A DNA stretch of 64,000 nucleotides, from assembly GCA_900765095.1 (NCBI GenBank), contig CAAFRB010000012.1, positions 1,199 to 65,198 of the forward strand. Reading direction: 5' to 3'. The DNA is from Clostridia bacterium (GTDB lineage: Bacteria > Bacillota > Clostridia > TANB77 > UBA1234). Shown here piece by piece: positions 47,716-57,239 of this stretch (position 1 is the first letter of the stretch; every line of letters starts with the position of its first letter). The notes under the pieces are model-generated. The model searched no databases. It was given only the letters and a program-made list of their open reading frames with translations, and was not told the DNA's origin. The position numbers were made by a program, and so were the translations under genes.

Positions 47716-47791
47716 GGGCCATTAGCTCAGTTGGCAGAGCACTTGACTTTTAATCAAGTTGTCCGCAGTTCGAATCTGCGATGGCTCACCA
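47716..47791 (+). tRNA. tRNA-Lys (anticodon TTT)
   Basis: Cloverleaf built by hand: acceptor GGGCCAT/ATGGCTC, D-loop AGCTCAGTTGGCAGAGC, anticodon loop CTTTTAA, T-loop GTTCGAATC; CCA encoded. Confidence 0.85.
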
Positions 47792-47798
47792 TGTATCC

Positions 47799-47873
47799 GG
47801 CCCGATGGTCAATCGGTTAAGACATCGCCCTTTCACGGCGGAGTGGGGAGTTCGACTCTCCCTCGGGTCACCA
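47799..47873 (+). tRNA. tRNA-Glu (anticodon TTC)
   Basis: Acceptor GGCCCGA/TCGGGTC, anticodon stem-loop TCGCC-CTTTCAC-GGCGG, T-loop GTTCGACTC; CCA encoded. Confidence 0.8.
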
Positions 47874-47877
47874 TATT

Positions 47878-47953
<76 letters not shown>

Positions 47954-47954
47954 A

Positions 47955-47999
47955 AGTTCTAGAAAATTTACGTTAGTAAGGTTTCTAGAACTTTTTTTA
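47955..47999 (+). terminator. Rho-independent terminator after tRNA cluster
   Basis: Hairpin agttctagaaa...tttctagaact followed by TTTTTTT. Confidence 0.75.
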
Positions 48000-48056
48000 T
48001 GTCTAATTATGCTGTTAAGACTCTTTATCAATAGTTGGAGTTTACCACCCCAACTA

Positions 48057-48084
48057 AAATTATAGAACCACAATTATAGAACCA
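48057..48084. repeat. Tandem direct repeat 2 x 14 bp ((a/c)AATTATAGAACCA) immediately downstream of the tRNA cluster
   Basis: Read directly: aaaattatagaacca caattatagaacca. Confidence 0.6.
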
Positions 48085-48165
48085 GAAATATAATCGATAA
48101 AATGTCACTTCTTGAATTTGCCAATAAAAACTTAATATGTTAAAATATTGTTAAGGAGGGAATTT

Positions 48166-49554
48166 ATGTCTGATTTAGAATTATATAGTAGTGATGAATA
48201 CAATAACGGAGTATGGTATTTATTAAAGCTCAATCCTGATTTGAATATAAATATTGATACATTAGTGTTTATACCGAAAGATATTGATAGAAAAAGATTA
48301 TCAAGAATCTCTGTTATCGCTGCAAACACTGGTTCACCACCACAGATTGATAGTACTAAAAAACCTAATCCTAATTTGAATGAAAACGAAAAGATTTTAG
48401 AAATACCAATAGAAGAAAGAAAAGAAAGATTTTTTCCAAAGTACCTCAGTCGATTTGGAGATATGGTTGATATCGAAAAAGGACAAAATTCCATATTAGT
48501 TTATCCAGTGATTGTTCAAAGAACGAATGGTGAATATTATCAACAACTTACAAAAGCAGCTCTTGAACCAGGTCAACCAGAGGGCTTTGAAAGAATAGAT
48601 AAACAAGTTTTGACAGCAATAGATACCATAAGAGAACAATTGTCTTCGAAACCTTTTTCAATAAATACATACCCCGATATTGATATGCTTGGACAGTCGG
48701 CATCAGGAAGCTTCTCACGAAGATTTACTTTTCTTCACTTAGACAGGGTGCACCTTTCATATTCGAATGGTGCAAAAGATGCTATAACTTTACCTGTGGA
48801 AAGTATAAAAAACATCCGTACTGGTGAAGACACCCCTCTTCCATATCCACTTGGAATTGCTGATATTTGTGAATATTATAAAGATAATGATGGAAAATAC
48901 GAATTTGATGGAATGAAATATGATGAACCTGATAAATTTATGGAAGCATACAAAAAAAGACTCAAAGATGTTCCATTTTTACTTACTTATGGAAATAAAG
49001 AAGATGAAAAGGGTCCTCATCATATACATGGCAGAAAGATAGTTGACCACCCAACGCAAGAAAAATGGGGTATTATAGAAGATCCAAACGATCCAATAAT
49101 TAACGGATCTATCGTTATTGGAAACGATGCACGAGCATATCAAGCAAAGGAAAATATTTTGCCAGAAAACACTACATCAAAAGACGATTTAATACCTGTT
49201 TCTACGTATGATATGACTTTTATAAGGTCGATTATTCCTCTTGAAACAGCCGTGATTATGAGAGAATGTATTGGCAAAACACCAGCCGACAGAATGAATA
49301 GAACACAAGAGATTTGGAAAGAAAATGGATTAGAAAACAACATTACAATTAAAGAAGTGGGTACAGAAGAAAATCCGGTCGGACACGGAACAACTAAAGA
49401 AACCGTCGGCATTGCCTCAAAATTTGTTGACGATGTGTCTAAAAACACCTTATTATTGAGCTCAAAACGTGCTTTGAAAGAAAAAGCACAGCAATACCAA
49501 GAAATTCAAAATGATAGACATATAAATAACGATAGGAGCCGAAAAGAGCGATGA
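48166..49554 (+). CDS. Hypothetical protein (462 aa), first gene of tRNA-adjacent operon; no recognisable family
   Basis: Strong RBS AAGGAGGG 7 nt before ATG 48166. The stop overlaps the next gene start (ATGA). Soluble, with a charged C-terminal tail. Confidence 0.6.
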   Translation: MSDLELYSSDEYNNGVWYLLKLNPDLNINIDTLVFIPKDIDRKRLSRISVIAANTGSPPQIDSTKKPNPNLNENEKILEIPIEERKERFFPKYLSRFGDMVDIEKGQNSILVYPVIVQRTNGEYYQQLTKAALEPGQPEGFERIDKQVLTAIDTIREQLSSKPFSINTYPDIDMLGQSASGSFSRRFTFLHLDRVHLSYSNGAKDAITLPVESIKNIRTGEDTPLPYPLGIADICEYYKDNDGKYEFDGMKYDEPDKFMEAYKKRLKDVPFLLTYGNKEDEKGPHHIHGRKIVDHPTQEKWGIIEDPNDPIINGSIVIGNDARAYQAKENILPENTTSKDDLIPVSTYDMTFIRSIIPLETAVIMRECIGKTPADRMNRTQEIWKENGLENNITIKEVGTEENPVGHGTTKETVGIASKFVDDVSKNTLLLSSKRALKEKAQQYQEIQNDRHINNDRSRKER

Positions 49555-49859
49555 AAAATATAATTACAATTCTAAAGGACTTTTTTAAAAGCATATTTAT
49601 CAAAAAGGATAAATTAATTGACGAGGCTAAAATTGTACAAGAAAGTGGACAAGCATGCAGTAAGAGCAAAGATTCATATTTTGATGAAATGAGGTCTGAA
49701 TCTGAAAAAAGAAATCACTTACTTAATCTGAAAAAGAGATTTGAAAACGAAGAAATCTCAGAGTCGCAAATAAGTGAAGAAGATAAAAAAGGAATAGAAG
49801 GCTTGTATTACGAACAAATACAATCACTTAATAGAAAGATAAGAAATGCTAAAAAATAA
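49551..49859 (+). CDS. Small helical charged protein (102 aa), translationally coupled to upstream gene
   Basis: ATGA overlap with the upstream gene; K/E-rich predicted helices. Confidence 0.5.
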   Translation: MKNIITILKDFFKSIFIKKDKLIDEAKIVQESGQACSKSKDSYFDEMRSESEKRNHLLNLKKRFENEEISESQISEEDKKGIEGLYYEQIQSLNRKIRNAKK

Positions 49860-49961
49860 AACCATGATTGTTAGGCTTTTTGGAGCATGTAAAATAAAAT
49901 TATAAATTAGTAAAAGAGCAACAGAATAGTTCTCACGATAATGTAACTCAAAGTAGAGAAA

Positions 49962-50795
49962 ATGAATATGATAGGTAAGATGTGTAATATGAAAAATATT
50001 GGAGAATACAGTATTGAAGTTCAAGAAATATTAAAAAGATACGATAATGAAAGAAATAAATACAGATTGAAAAAAAACTTATCCATAGTACTAGTACTGT
50101 TATGTTTTTCGTTTATAATGTTGGGTATAAATTTGGTTTATCCGTTTGTTAGTGATAGATTAATGATAATTATTATAGCATTTATACTTTGTGCAATGGT
50201 CGGGTTTTTAGGTCTTGTACTCTTATTTGATATAAGACTATATAATCTTGAAAGAAAAATATTTGGAGAAGTGGAACAGGTTAATTTAAAAGAATATAAT
50301 TATTCTACTAAAAAGATAGAAAAAGAAGATTTTGAAAATACACTACTAGGGAAAAGGACTAGCTCTAAATTACATTATTATAGTAGTAATGATGGAATTT
50401 TACATTATAAATTGGATGGTTGTGATTGTCTTATTGGTACAATATCTACTACCAACAAAAGAGGTGAAATTTTATCGTGGACATATATAAAGAAAACCTT
50501 AAAGATAAGTAATGAAATTTGTTTTTATAGTGATTTAAATAGAAAAGAAATTATAACTGAAAAAGAAAACTTAAAAGATAAAAAAGCAATACTTTTTTAT
50601 ATATTAAAAGAGTACGGAGAAGATGTTTTAGTTGAGTCAGATGGTCAATTTATAGAAGTATTACTAGATGAAGTTAGAATTGGTCATTTTGAAGAAATAT
50701 GTCCAGAAGAATTATCAAAAGAATATATGGAGAGTAATATAAAAACTATAGAAGATATGATAAATGAAATAGAATATTTTATTGCAAATATTTAA
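49962..50795 (+). CDS. Membrane protein (277 aa) with two TM helices and C-terminal cytoplasmic domain
   Basis: TM segments LSIVLVLLCFSFIMLGINLV and IIIIAFILCAMVGFLGLVLLF. Confidence 0.5.
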   Translation: MNMIGKMCNMKNIGEYSIEVQEILKRYDNERNKYRLKKNLSIVLVLLCFSFIMLGINLVYPFVSDRLMIIIIAFILCAMVGFLGLVLLFDIRLYNLERKIFGEVEQVNLKEYNYSTKKIEKEDFENTLLGKRTSSKLHYYSSNDGILHYKLDGCDCLIGTISTTNKRGEILSWTYIKKTLKISNEICFYSDLNRKEIITEKENLKDKKAILFYILKEYGEDVLVESDGQFIEVLLDEVRIGHFEEICPEELSKEYMESNIKTIEDMINEIEYFIANI

Positions 50796-50849
50796 TAAAA
50801 TAGTTTTGAAGGAAAGAAAAAAGTTTATAGTTTTAAGACCATTAGATGA

Positions 50850-51070
50850 AGTATAGTCAGTTGTATTTGTGAATACTACATATTTCTATCTCAAAGATAC
50901 TAGGGGTTCTGATAAGAAAGCGGTATATATAATTTTAGGAATAAATTCAAACGGTTACAAGGATGTATTAGGCTTCTATGTAAGCGAAAGTGAAAGTGCA
51001 AATATTGGTTAAATATTCTCAATGAATTAGGAAAACGTAGCTACATTCTTCAAATACAGTTCAGCTATTA
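50850..51070 (+). pseudogene. IS256-family (Mutator-like) transposase relic, internal fragment with frameshift
   Basis: Manual translation gives YLKDTRGSDKKAVYIILGINSNGYKDVLGFYVSESESANIG, then a +1 shift WLNILNELGKRSYILQ. These match the conserved central region of IS256 transposases (KAVY.ALGI...G.K.VLG.W....E.A.FW..VL..L..RG). No start and no full-length ORF. Confidence 0.55.
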
Positions 51071-51204
51071 GAAAGTTAATTTACACAAACTTTTCTACGT
51101 ACTCAAATAAGTTATTTTACAAAAAAATAGGATTCGAATCAAAAAAATGATTCAAATCCTATTTTTGTTAGGGACTTTTTACAGCTCCTTTTGTTCTAAT
51201 ATTC

Positions 51205-52944
51205 TTACACATTTTCAGCCGCAAGTATTTTCTTCATTTCTTCTCCACGTTTAATTTTCTTTGTTGTAGTTTTTATAAGTTCTTCATCAGAAATGATTAA
51301 ATGCTTGATATATTTGTATTTGGGGAAAGATTTGTTAATCTCCTTTATCTGCCCCCATAATATCTCCTCTATTTCTGCCTGTGTCTTTTCTTTATATTCT
51401 TTTTCAACTACATCTTTGTCAAGAACAACCTTTACAGATAGTTTTACGTCTCCATCATCCTTTGGAAGTCCAAAAACCATACATTCGTCAACTAAATCTA
51501 ATTTGTTGATTAAAGCTTCAATCTCCTCTGGAAATACTTTTTTACCATTATAAAGTACAATCATGTCCTTTTTTCTACCAGTTAAGAATAAATATCCCTC
51601 TTCATCAAAATAGCCTAAATCACCTGTATAGAACCAGCCATCTTTTATAACTTCTTTTGTAAGCTCTTCATTTTCATAGTATCCAAGCATCACATTTGGA
51701 CCTTTTACTCTAACTTCACCTATTCCGTTTTCATCTTTGTCAACTATTTGAATTTCAACATTTTGCATTGTTTTTCCAACAGATCCCGCTTTCATTGCAA
51801 ATGCACTTTCAGCAGCTAATACTGGTGCCGTTTCTGTAAGACCATATCCTTGAACCAATTGTATTCCAATAGAGTTAAAATATTCATATATATCTTTTTG
51901 AAGTGGTGCTCCACCCGCAATTATAAATCTCAAAGAGCCACCTAATTGGTCAATGATAACTTTGTACATTTTTCTTCTTACATCAATCCTACACTTGTAC
52001 AATACATTGCTTATTACCTTAGCCAACTTTAATACTTTTTCTTTGCCTTGTTTTTTTATTTGTTTTTGAATATTTTTATAAATTGATTCTATCAAAATAG
52101 GTACTCCGACAAATATAGAAACTTTGTACTCTTTAAGATTTTGTGCAACATATCTTATACCATCGGCAAATGTATTTGTAACACCGCAAGCAAGCATCAT
52201 CGCTATGCATGTAGAGCCAAATATATGGTGAAAAGGCAGAAGTGCAATATTTACATCTCCTTCGCCAATTGGTTCAACCAATTGCATCGCATATATATTT
52301 GAAGCTATGTTTTTTTGTGAAAGCATTACAGCTTTTGAGTTAGCACTAGTACCAGATGTAAATAACAAAATAGACATTTTTTCGCTATCAATTTTGTAAT
52401 TTACATACTCCTTATTTCCTTTCTTTAAAAGCTTCTCTCCTTCATTCTTAATTGATAAAATATCTAAATACCCATCTAGTTTTTCCATAGAAATGTATTC
52501 TTTAACATTTACCTCTTCATTTGACTTTAATTTTTCGATTTTATCAACATATTTAGAATCAAAAACTATTACATCTGCCTTGCTCCTGATGACAGATTGG
52601 CTTAATTCCACATCGTGCAGTTCTTTGTCTAGCGGTACTGAAACTATTCCACCAATTAGATTTGTAAAATGAGTCAAGGCCCACTCATAACAATTCTTTC
52701 CTAATAGTGCAATTCTCTTTCCTCTATATTCTCGTTTGAAAAATGCTGTTCCAAGAGAATTAATATCTTTCAAAAAAGCTTTATAAGTTATATATGTATA
52801 TTTTCCTGCTGCACTTGCATCTCTTTCGTTAAAATTATTTTTTATTATAAACGCATTAGTATTTGCATATTTGTTAGCAGAATTATAAATTATTTCTTTT
52901 ATATTATTAAATTCTGTAGCCTCAAAACATTTATCTTTTTTCAT
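51205..52944 (-). CDS. AMP-dependent synthetase/ligase (long-chain acyl-CoA synthetase-like)
   Basis: AMP-binding motifs [28 protein letters not shown] and [25 protein letters not shown]. Confidence 0.85.
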   Translation of the reverse strand: [579 protein letters not shown]

Positions 52945-53078
52945 TAAAAGTAACCTCCATTTACGTTTACTTTATAAAACGTCCATCAAAATTATACATC
53001 TTACTTCGCTCTTCCGCAAGATATACATTTAATGGACGTAAAATAACCTAATTTATATACTTCTATTAGTACACACAA

Positions 53079-53264
53079 TTAGGCATTATTTAGCTCTGCC
53101 AGAACCTCGTCAACATCTATTCCATGAACCATGCAAGCCTCTTCTAGAGTTTCTGCAGCTGAAGCAGGACATCCTAAGCAATGCATGCCTGCATTCATCA
53201 ATATTTCAGGATACTTTTCGTTCATTTGTACAATCTCACCAATTAACATTTCCTTTGTTACCAT
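53079..53264 (-). CDS. DUF1858-like small redox-disulfide domain protein (61 aa)
   Basis: MHCLGCPASAAETLEEACMVHGIDVDEVLAELN, a CxxC-containing domain typical of hybrid-cluster-protein-associated small proteins. Confidence 0.55.
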   Translation of the reverse strand: MVTKEMLIGEIVQMNEKYPEILMNAGMHCLGCPASAAETLEEACMVHGIDVDEVLAELNNA

Positions 53265-53366
53265 GGCTTTTACCCCTTTCCTGTCGAAAACTGTCGACTT
53301 CTTTTTTGATAATTTTATAAAAAAAGCTAGACAAAAAATAAAACGATGATATAATCACCTCAAAAG

Positions 53367-53603
53367 GTGGTGATCAACTTGAGGGTTTCGAAATTTTACC
53401 TTTATTTAGTTTCTGTCTTAACTATTTTTTCATTTGCATTCAATTTCTTATTTTCTGAAACTATTATATCAAAATTTTTCTTCTACTCTTTTCTAATTCA
53501 CATATTGATTATATTTTATATTATATGTTCATTTTTAGAAATAAATGTACTACATGAAAAGCAAGGTTCAAAACTAGACATTAGTAAATCTAAACTTTTA
53601 TAA
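53367..53603 (+). CDS. Small two-TM hydrophobic protein (78 aa); possibly the detached N-terminal membrane anchor of the downstream coupling protein
   Basis: Two TM-like segments; AT-rich and low complexity. Confidence 0.25.
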   Translation: MVINLRVSKFYLYLVSVLTIFSFAFNFLFSETIISKFFFYSFLIHILIIFYIICSFLEINVLHEKQGSKLDISKSKLL

Positions 53604-53681
53604 TAGGAGCTGATATTTATTTTAAATGCAAAAACATTATACAATAAGATACTCTTCATTTCAACAACTGTTTTTATTGTA

Positions 53682-55304
53682 ATGATTTTCAATTATTTTT
53701 TCTTTCACTCATTATTTAATTGCGAAGAATTACATTATACTTTTTTATTCAAAGAGTTCTATTTCAATCCATGGACATGGGAAAAAATTAAAAATTACTA
53801 CTCTATTGTTGTGGTTATTTCGTGGATACTTATTTCAATTAGTTTTTATAACAAACTATCTTTTACAAGTCAGGATGATAGCAAATCTATAAATTCTACC
53901 AATACTGCTTCTGATTTATCATTAACTCTTGGTAAAAATAAGGATTCTCTTTTACCAGTAATAATTCCAGAAAAAGGATTATATCAAAACGTTCTAATCA
54001 CTGGCACAATAGGCACAGGAAAAACTTCTTCTGCTATATACCCATTCATACATCAACTTCTCAAGCATGATATGGGAATGCTTATATTAGACGTTAAAGG
54101 TAACTTGCATATTAAAGTAAAAGAAATGGCAAAGAAATTAAACAAAAAAGTTAGAGTCATTGAACTATCAGGTAAAGAAACTTACAACCCTTTAGATAAA
54201 CCTCATTTGAAACCATCTATTTTAGCTAATAGATTAAGAACAATTTTATCTCTATTTTCAAATCAAAATGCTACAGATACATATTGGATGGACAAGGTCG
54301 AATTATATCTAACCGAATGTATAAAGCTCTGCAGAATGTATAACGATAACTACGTTACATTCACAGAATTGCACAAACTAATATATGACAAAAAATATTT
54401 AAAAGAAAAAATTGAATTTGTAAAAAATTTATTTTTACAAAACAAGCTAAATTATAATCAAACCTATGATTTCAGTACTTGTATCGATTTTTTTCAAAGC
54501 GAGTTTCAAACACTCGATTCAAAAGTTCTCTCTATTATTCAATCAGAGATTTCTCGCATAACACAACTTTTTATAAACGATTTAGATGTAAAACAAACTT
54601 TTTGTCCTAATAAAGAAGATATAACATTTAATGGATTTGAAAATCTTGGAAACGATATTGTCGTTTTAAATATGAATGTTGCAGAATACAGAAACTTAGC
54701 AAAAGTAATGGCTGCATATTTAAAATTAGACTTTCAATCAGAAATTCTTATGAAACTAGCTAAAAAACAAAATATATCCACAGTTGCTTTTGTGTGTGAT
54801 GAATATTCAGAATACGCAACCGAAAATGATGCCTCATTTTTTTCTCAAAGTAGAGAAGCTAAATGTATAAATATTATTTCAACCCAAAGTTATACATCTT
54901 TGCTAAATGCTGTTAGAGAACAAAACGCTGCTAAAGTAATTATTCAAAGCTTAGTAAATAAAATCTGGTTTAGAACAGACGATATTTTCACAATAGAAGA
55001 AGCACAAAAGCAACTTGGAAAGGAGGATAAAATTAAATATTCTAGGAGTCTGTCTGAGAACGCAAAAGAAACCAAATACAGCTATATTTTAAAAACTTTC
55101 CGTTCTGAAAATTCAAATTTATCTGAAAGTATTAGTACACAAGTGCAACATGATTTTGTATATGATATCAACGCATTTTCAATGGAGCTAAAAACATTTG
55201 AGGCAATATGCTTTATAACTACAGGTCAAGAAATTTTAAGACCACAAGTCGTCAGACTTACTCCAATTTTTGAAATCGAAAACAAAGCAAAAAAATTTAT
55301 ATAA
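53682..55304 (+). CDS. Type IV secretion coupling protein-like ATPase (VirD4/TraG/TcpA-FtsK-like), 540 aa
   Basis: N-terminal TM helix SIVVVISWILISISF; Walker A VLITGTIGTGKTSS followed by the T4CP-like motif LILDVKGN; Walker B-like VAFVCDEY. Confidence 0.65.
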   Translation: MIFNYFFFHSLFNCEELHYTFLFKEFYFNPWTWEKIKNYYSIVVVISWILISISFYNKLSFTSQDDSKSINSTNTASDLSLTLGKNKDSLLPVIIPEKGLYQNVLITGTIGTGKTSSAIYPFIHQLLKHDMGMLILDVKGNLHIKVKEMAKKLNKKVRVIELSGKETYNPLDKPHLKPSILANRLRTILSLFSNQNATDTYWMDKVELYLTECIKLCRMYNDNYVTFTELHKLIYDKKYLKEKIEFVKNLFLQNKLNYNQTYDFSTCIDFFQSEFQTLDSKVLSIIQSEISRITQLFINDLDVKQTFCPNKEDITFNGFENLGNDIVVLNMNVAEYRNLAKVMAAYLKLDFQSEILMKLAKKQNISTVAFVCDEYSEYATENDASFFSQSREAKCINIISTQSYTSLLNAVREQNAAKVIIQSLVNKIWFRTDDIFTIEEAQKQLGKEDKIKYSRSLSENAKETKYSYILKTFRSENSNLSESISTQVQHDFVYDINAFSMELKTFEAICFITTGQEILRPQVVRLTPIFEIENKAKKFI

Positions 55305-55327
55305 TTGAAAGGAATGATATTCCAAAT

Positions 55328-55768
55328 ATGGAAAATAAGAAAAAAATTAATATAAAATATCATAAAATATCTGAATCAGATAAGTTTGATAACGAGGTAA
55401 AAAAATCTAATTCAAATAACGCCCAAAATAAAGGCAGAAAAAAATATAAAATTATAATACTTTTTTCAACATTCACTCTCCTTTTCTCACTATTTACAAT
55501 TTCTTACGCAGGTCTTTTTGGTGGAAGTGATGATTTGACATCAAAAATAACAAAAGGATTATCACAAATAGAAGATTGGATTTTAAAAATAGCGACACCT
55601 GCAGCTGCAGTATCAATTGGCTTTGGGCTCTTAATGAAAAAATTTAGTTTTGGTGACGAAGAGAAAATAACTTTAGGTAAAAAGTTAATTAGAAGTACTA
55701 TATTCTCTTATGCTTTTATATTACTAATAGACCCTGTAATATCTGCAATTCAGACACTTTTCGCATAG
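55328..55768 (+). CDS. Small membrane protein (146 aa, 3 TM), conjugation-module-associated
   Basis: TM segments IIILFSTFTLLFSLFTI, AAAVSIGFGLLM and IFSYAFILLIDPVISAIQ; RBS GAAAGGAATG. Confidence 0.45.
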   Translation: MENKKKINIKYHKISESDKFDNEVKKSNSNNAQNKGRKKYKIIILFSTFTLLFSLFTISYAGLFGGSDDLTSKITKGLSQIEDWILKIATPAAAVSIGFGLLMKKFSFGDEEKITLGKKLIRSTIFSYAFILLIDPVISAIQTLFA

Positions 55769-55784
55769 AGAGGAACCTAAATTT

Positions 55785-56684
55785 ATGGAAGCATTAATTC
55801 AAAACGACACTAGTAACATAGTATCAAATATTATAGAAATAATAAACTCAATATGTTCTACACTTTTCTCCTCTATCGATAAGAGTATTTTCCCGCTCTT
55901 AGATGAACTTGTTTTTATAGACAAACAAATTTTAAACACAGGAGATAAAATGAATAAACTTCTAAGTACGTCGCCAACAAGTGGTATATTGCTTTTAGCC
56001 AATTCATTATTTGTAGCTTTTGTACTATACTATGCCGTACGACTTTTACTAGTAAATCTTACGGATTCCAATGTTGAATCACCTGCAAAATTCTTTATGA
56101 GAGCATTTTTATCACTAGTATGTGCCAATTTTTCAGTACAAATTTGCACTTTTCTAATAAATTCTACGAATCTAATTAGCACCTTTTTTTGTCAACTCGG
56201 AAAAAATGTATTTGGCACACAATTATCTTTTGTCACATTAATTTCAAAGCTTTCCGAATCATCAATAAATTCATTCGATGTCTTTTCATTAGATGGTATA
56301 TTATCTGGAATGCTTTCTATTTCTTCTTTTGCATTAGTCATAAGCTTTGCTTTCAGATATATAATAATAAAAGTATTAGTACTCTTATCACCATTTGCAA
56401 TGCTATGTCTTAGTAATACTTCAACGACCGGTTTCTTTAAAAGTTGGTTAAAGAGTTTTCTTTCATTATTATTTTTGCAAATAGTAATATCTGTTATAAT
56501 GTTAATTCCTTACGCATTAATAAACGAGAATTCTAGCACAGTTTTCAACAAAGTTCTTTTGGTCGGTTCAATAATAACATTACTAAAATCAAATCAATTA
56601 GTAAAAGAAATTATTGGTGGAATAGGAATTGACACAAACTTTCAAAGTGGTATTGCAGGAATAAAATCGATGATATCGAGGTGA
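55785..56684 (+). CDS. Polytopic membrane protein (299 aa), VirB6/TrbL-like candidate
   Basis: At least five predicted TM helices; directly follows the T4CP-like gene. Confidence 0.45.
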   Translation: MEALIQNDTSNIVSNIIEIINSICSTLFSSIDKSIFPLLDELVFIDKQILNTGDKMNKLLSTSPTSGILLLANSLFVAFVLYYAVRLLLVNLTDSNVESPAKFFMRAFLSLVCANFSVQICTFLINSTNLISTFFCQLGKNVFGTQLSFVTLISKLSESSINSFDVFSLDGILSGMLSISSFALVISFAFRYIIIKVLVLLSPFAMLCLSNTSTTGFFKSWLKSFLSLLFLQIVISVIMLIPYALINENSSTVFNKVLLVGSIITLLKSNQLVKEIIGGIGIDTNFQSGIAGIKSMISR

Positions 56685-56688
56685 TTTT

Positions 56689-56898
56689 ATGAAAATGTAT
56701 ATATTTCCATTAAACTTTGATTATTCTAATAAATTTCTTGGGATATTAGAATATAAAACATTACTGCCAACTTGCATAATAGGAGTTATTTTAGCAATTG
56801 TAATATCTAAGATTTCAAGTGATATACTAACACGGTATTATATATTTCATAATAATTTTCTTACCATTTTTTTTGCTTGCAAATACAAAAATATTTAA
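56689..56898 (+). CDS. Small membrane protein (69 aa)
   Basis: TM segment LLPTCIIGVILAIVISKI; 4-nt gap from the upstream gene. Confidence 0.3.
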   Translation: MKMYIFPLNFDYSNKFLGILEYKTLLPTCIIGVILAIVISKISSDILTRYYIFHNNFLTIFFACKYKNI

Positions 56899-56976
56899 CG
56901 AACCATTACTTTCTTTTCTAATTTGTATAATAAAACATTATCTATATTCTGGTAATTTTATAAAATGATATGTAGT

Positions 56977-57107
56977 TAGGTGCGGAGTATTATGTTATAT
57001 ATTTTGATACATCCCCAAATCAACCGTTATATCTATCACTCTGCCACCCCAAAGCAGAATTCGATGCTAATTACCCAGGCATCTTCCCCCTATCAACTCC
57101 GCACCTA
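56977..57107. other. Inverted-repeat-bounded C-rich element (12-bp arms TAGGTGCGGAGT / ACTCCGCACCTA flanking ~107 nt); candidate oriT/ori or structured RNA
   Basis: Perfect 12-bp inverted repeat read directly. The enclosed sequence is unusually C-rich (ccccaaa, ccaccccaaag, cttccccc) for this AT-rich genome. Confidence 0.4.
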
Positions 57108-57239
57108 TGTGCATATCATAATAAAATTTTATTTACTGTGCTAAAGACCAGAATTTAAGTATTTTCCATTTTTATCCTTTAAATATTTATTGATTTTCTG
57201 CTTCAAAAAAGTTATAGTACTTCTATAGGAGGGATAAAA

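Noticed and set aside
48132-48494. Minus-strand ORF overlapping the start of the 462-aa island gene
   Set aside because: Antisense, with no RBS. The plus-strand gene has a textbook RBS and is translationally coupled to its downstream partner.
51061-51204. Possible full IS256 element around the transposase relic
   Set aside because: Only about 220 bp of internal transposase coding sequence survives, with a frameshift. No start, no DDE C-terminal region and no terminal inverted repeats were found.
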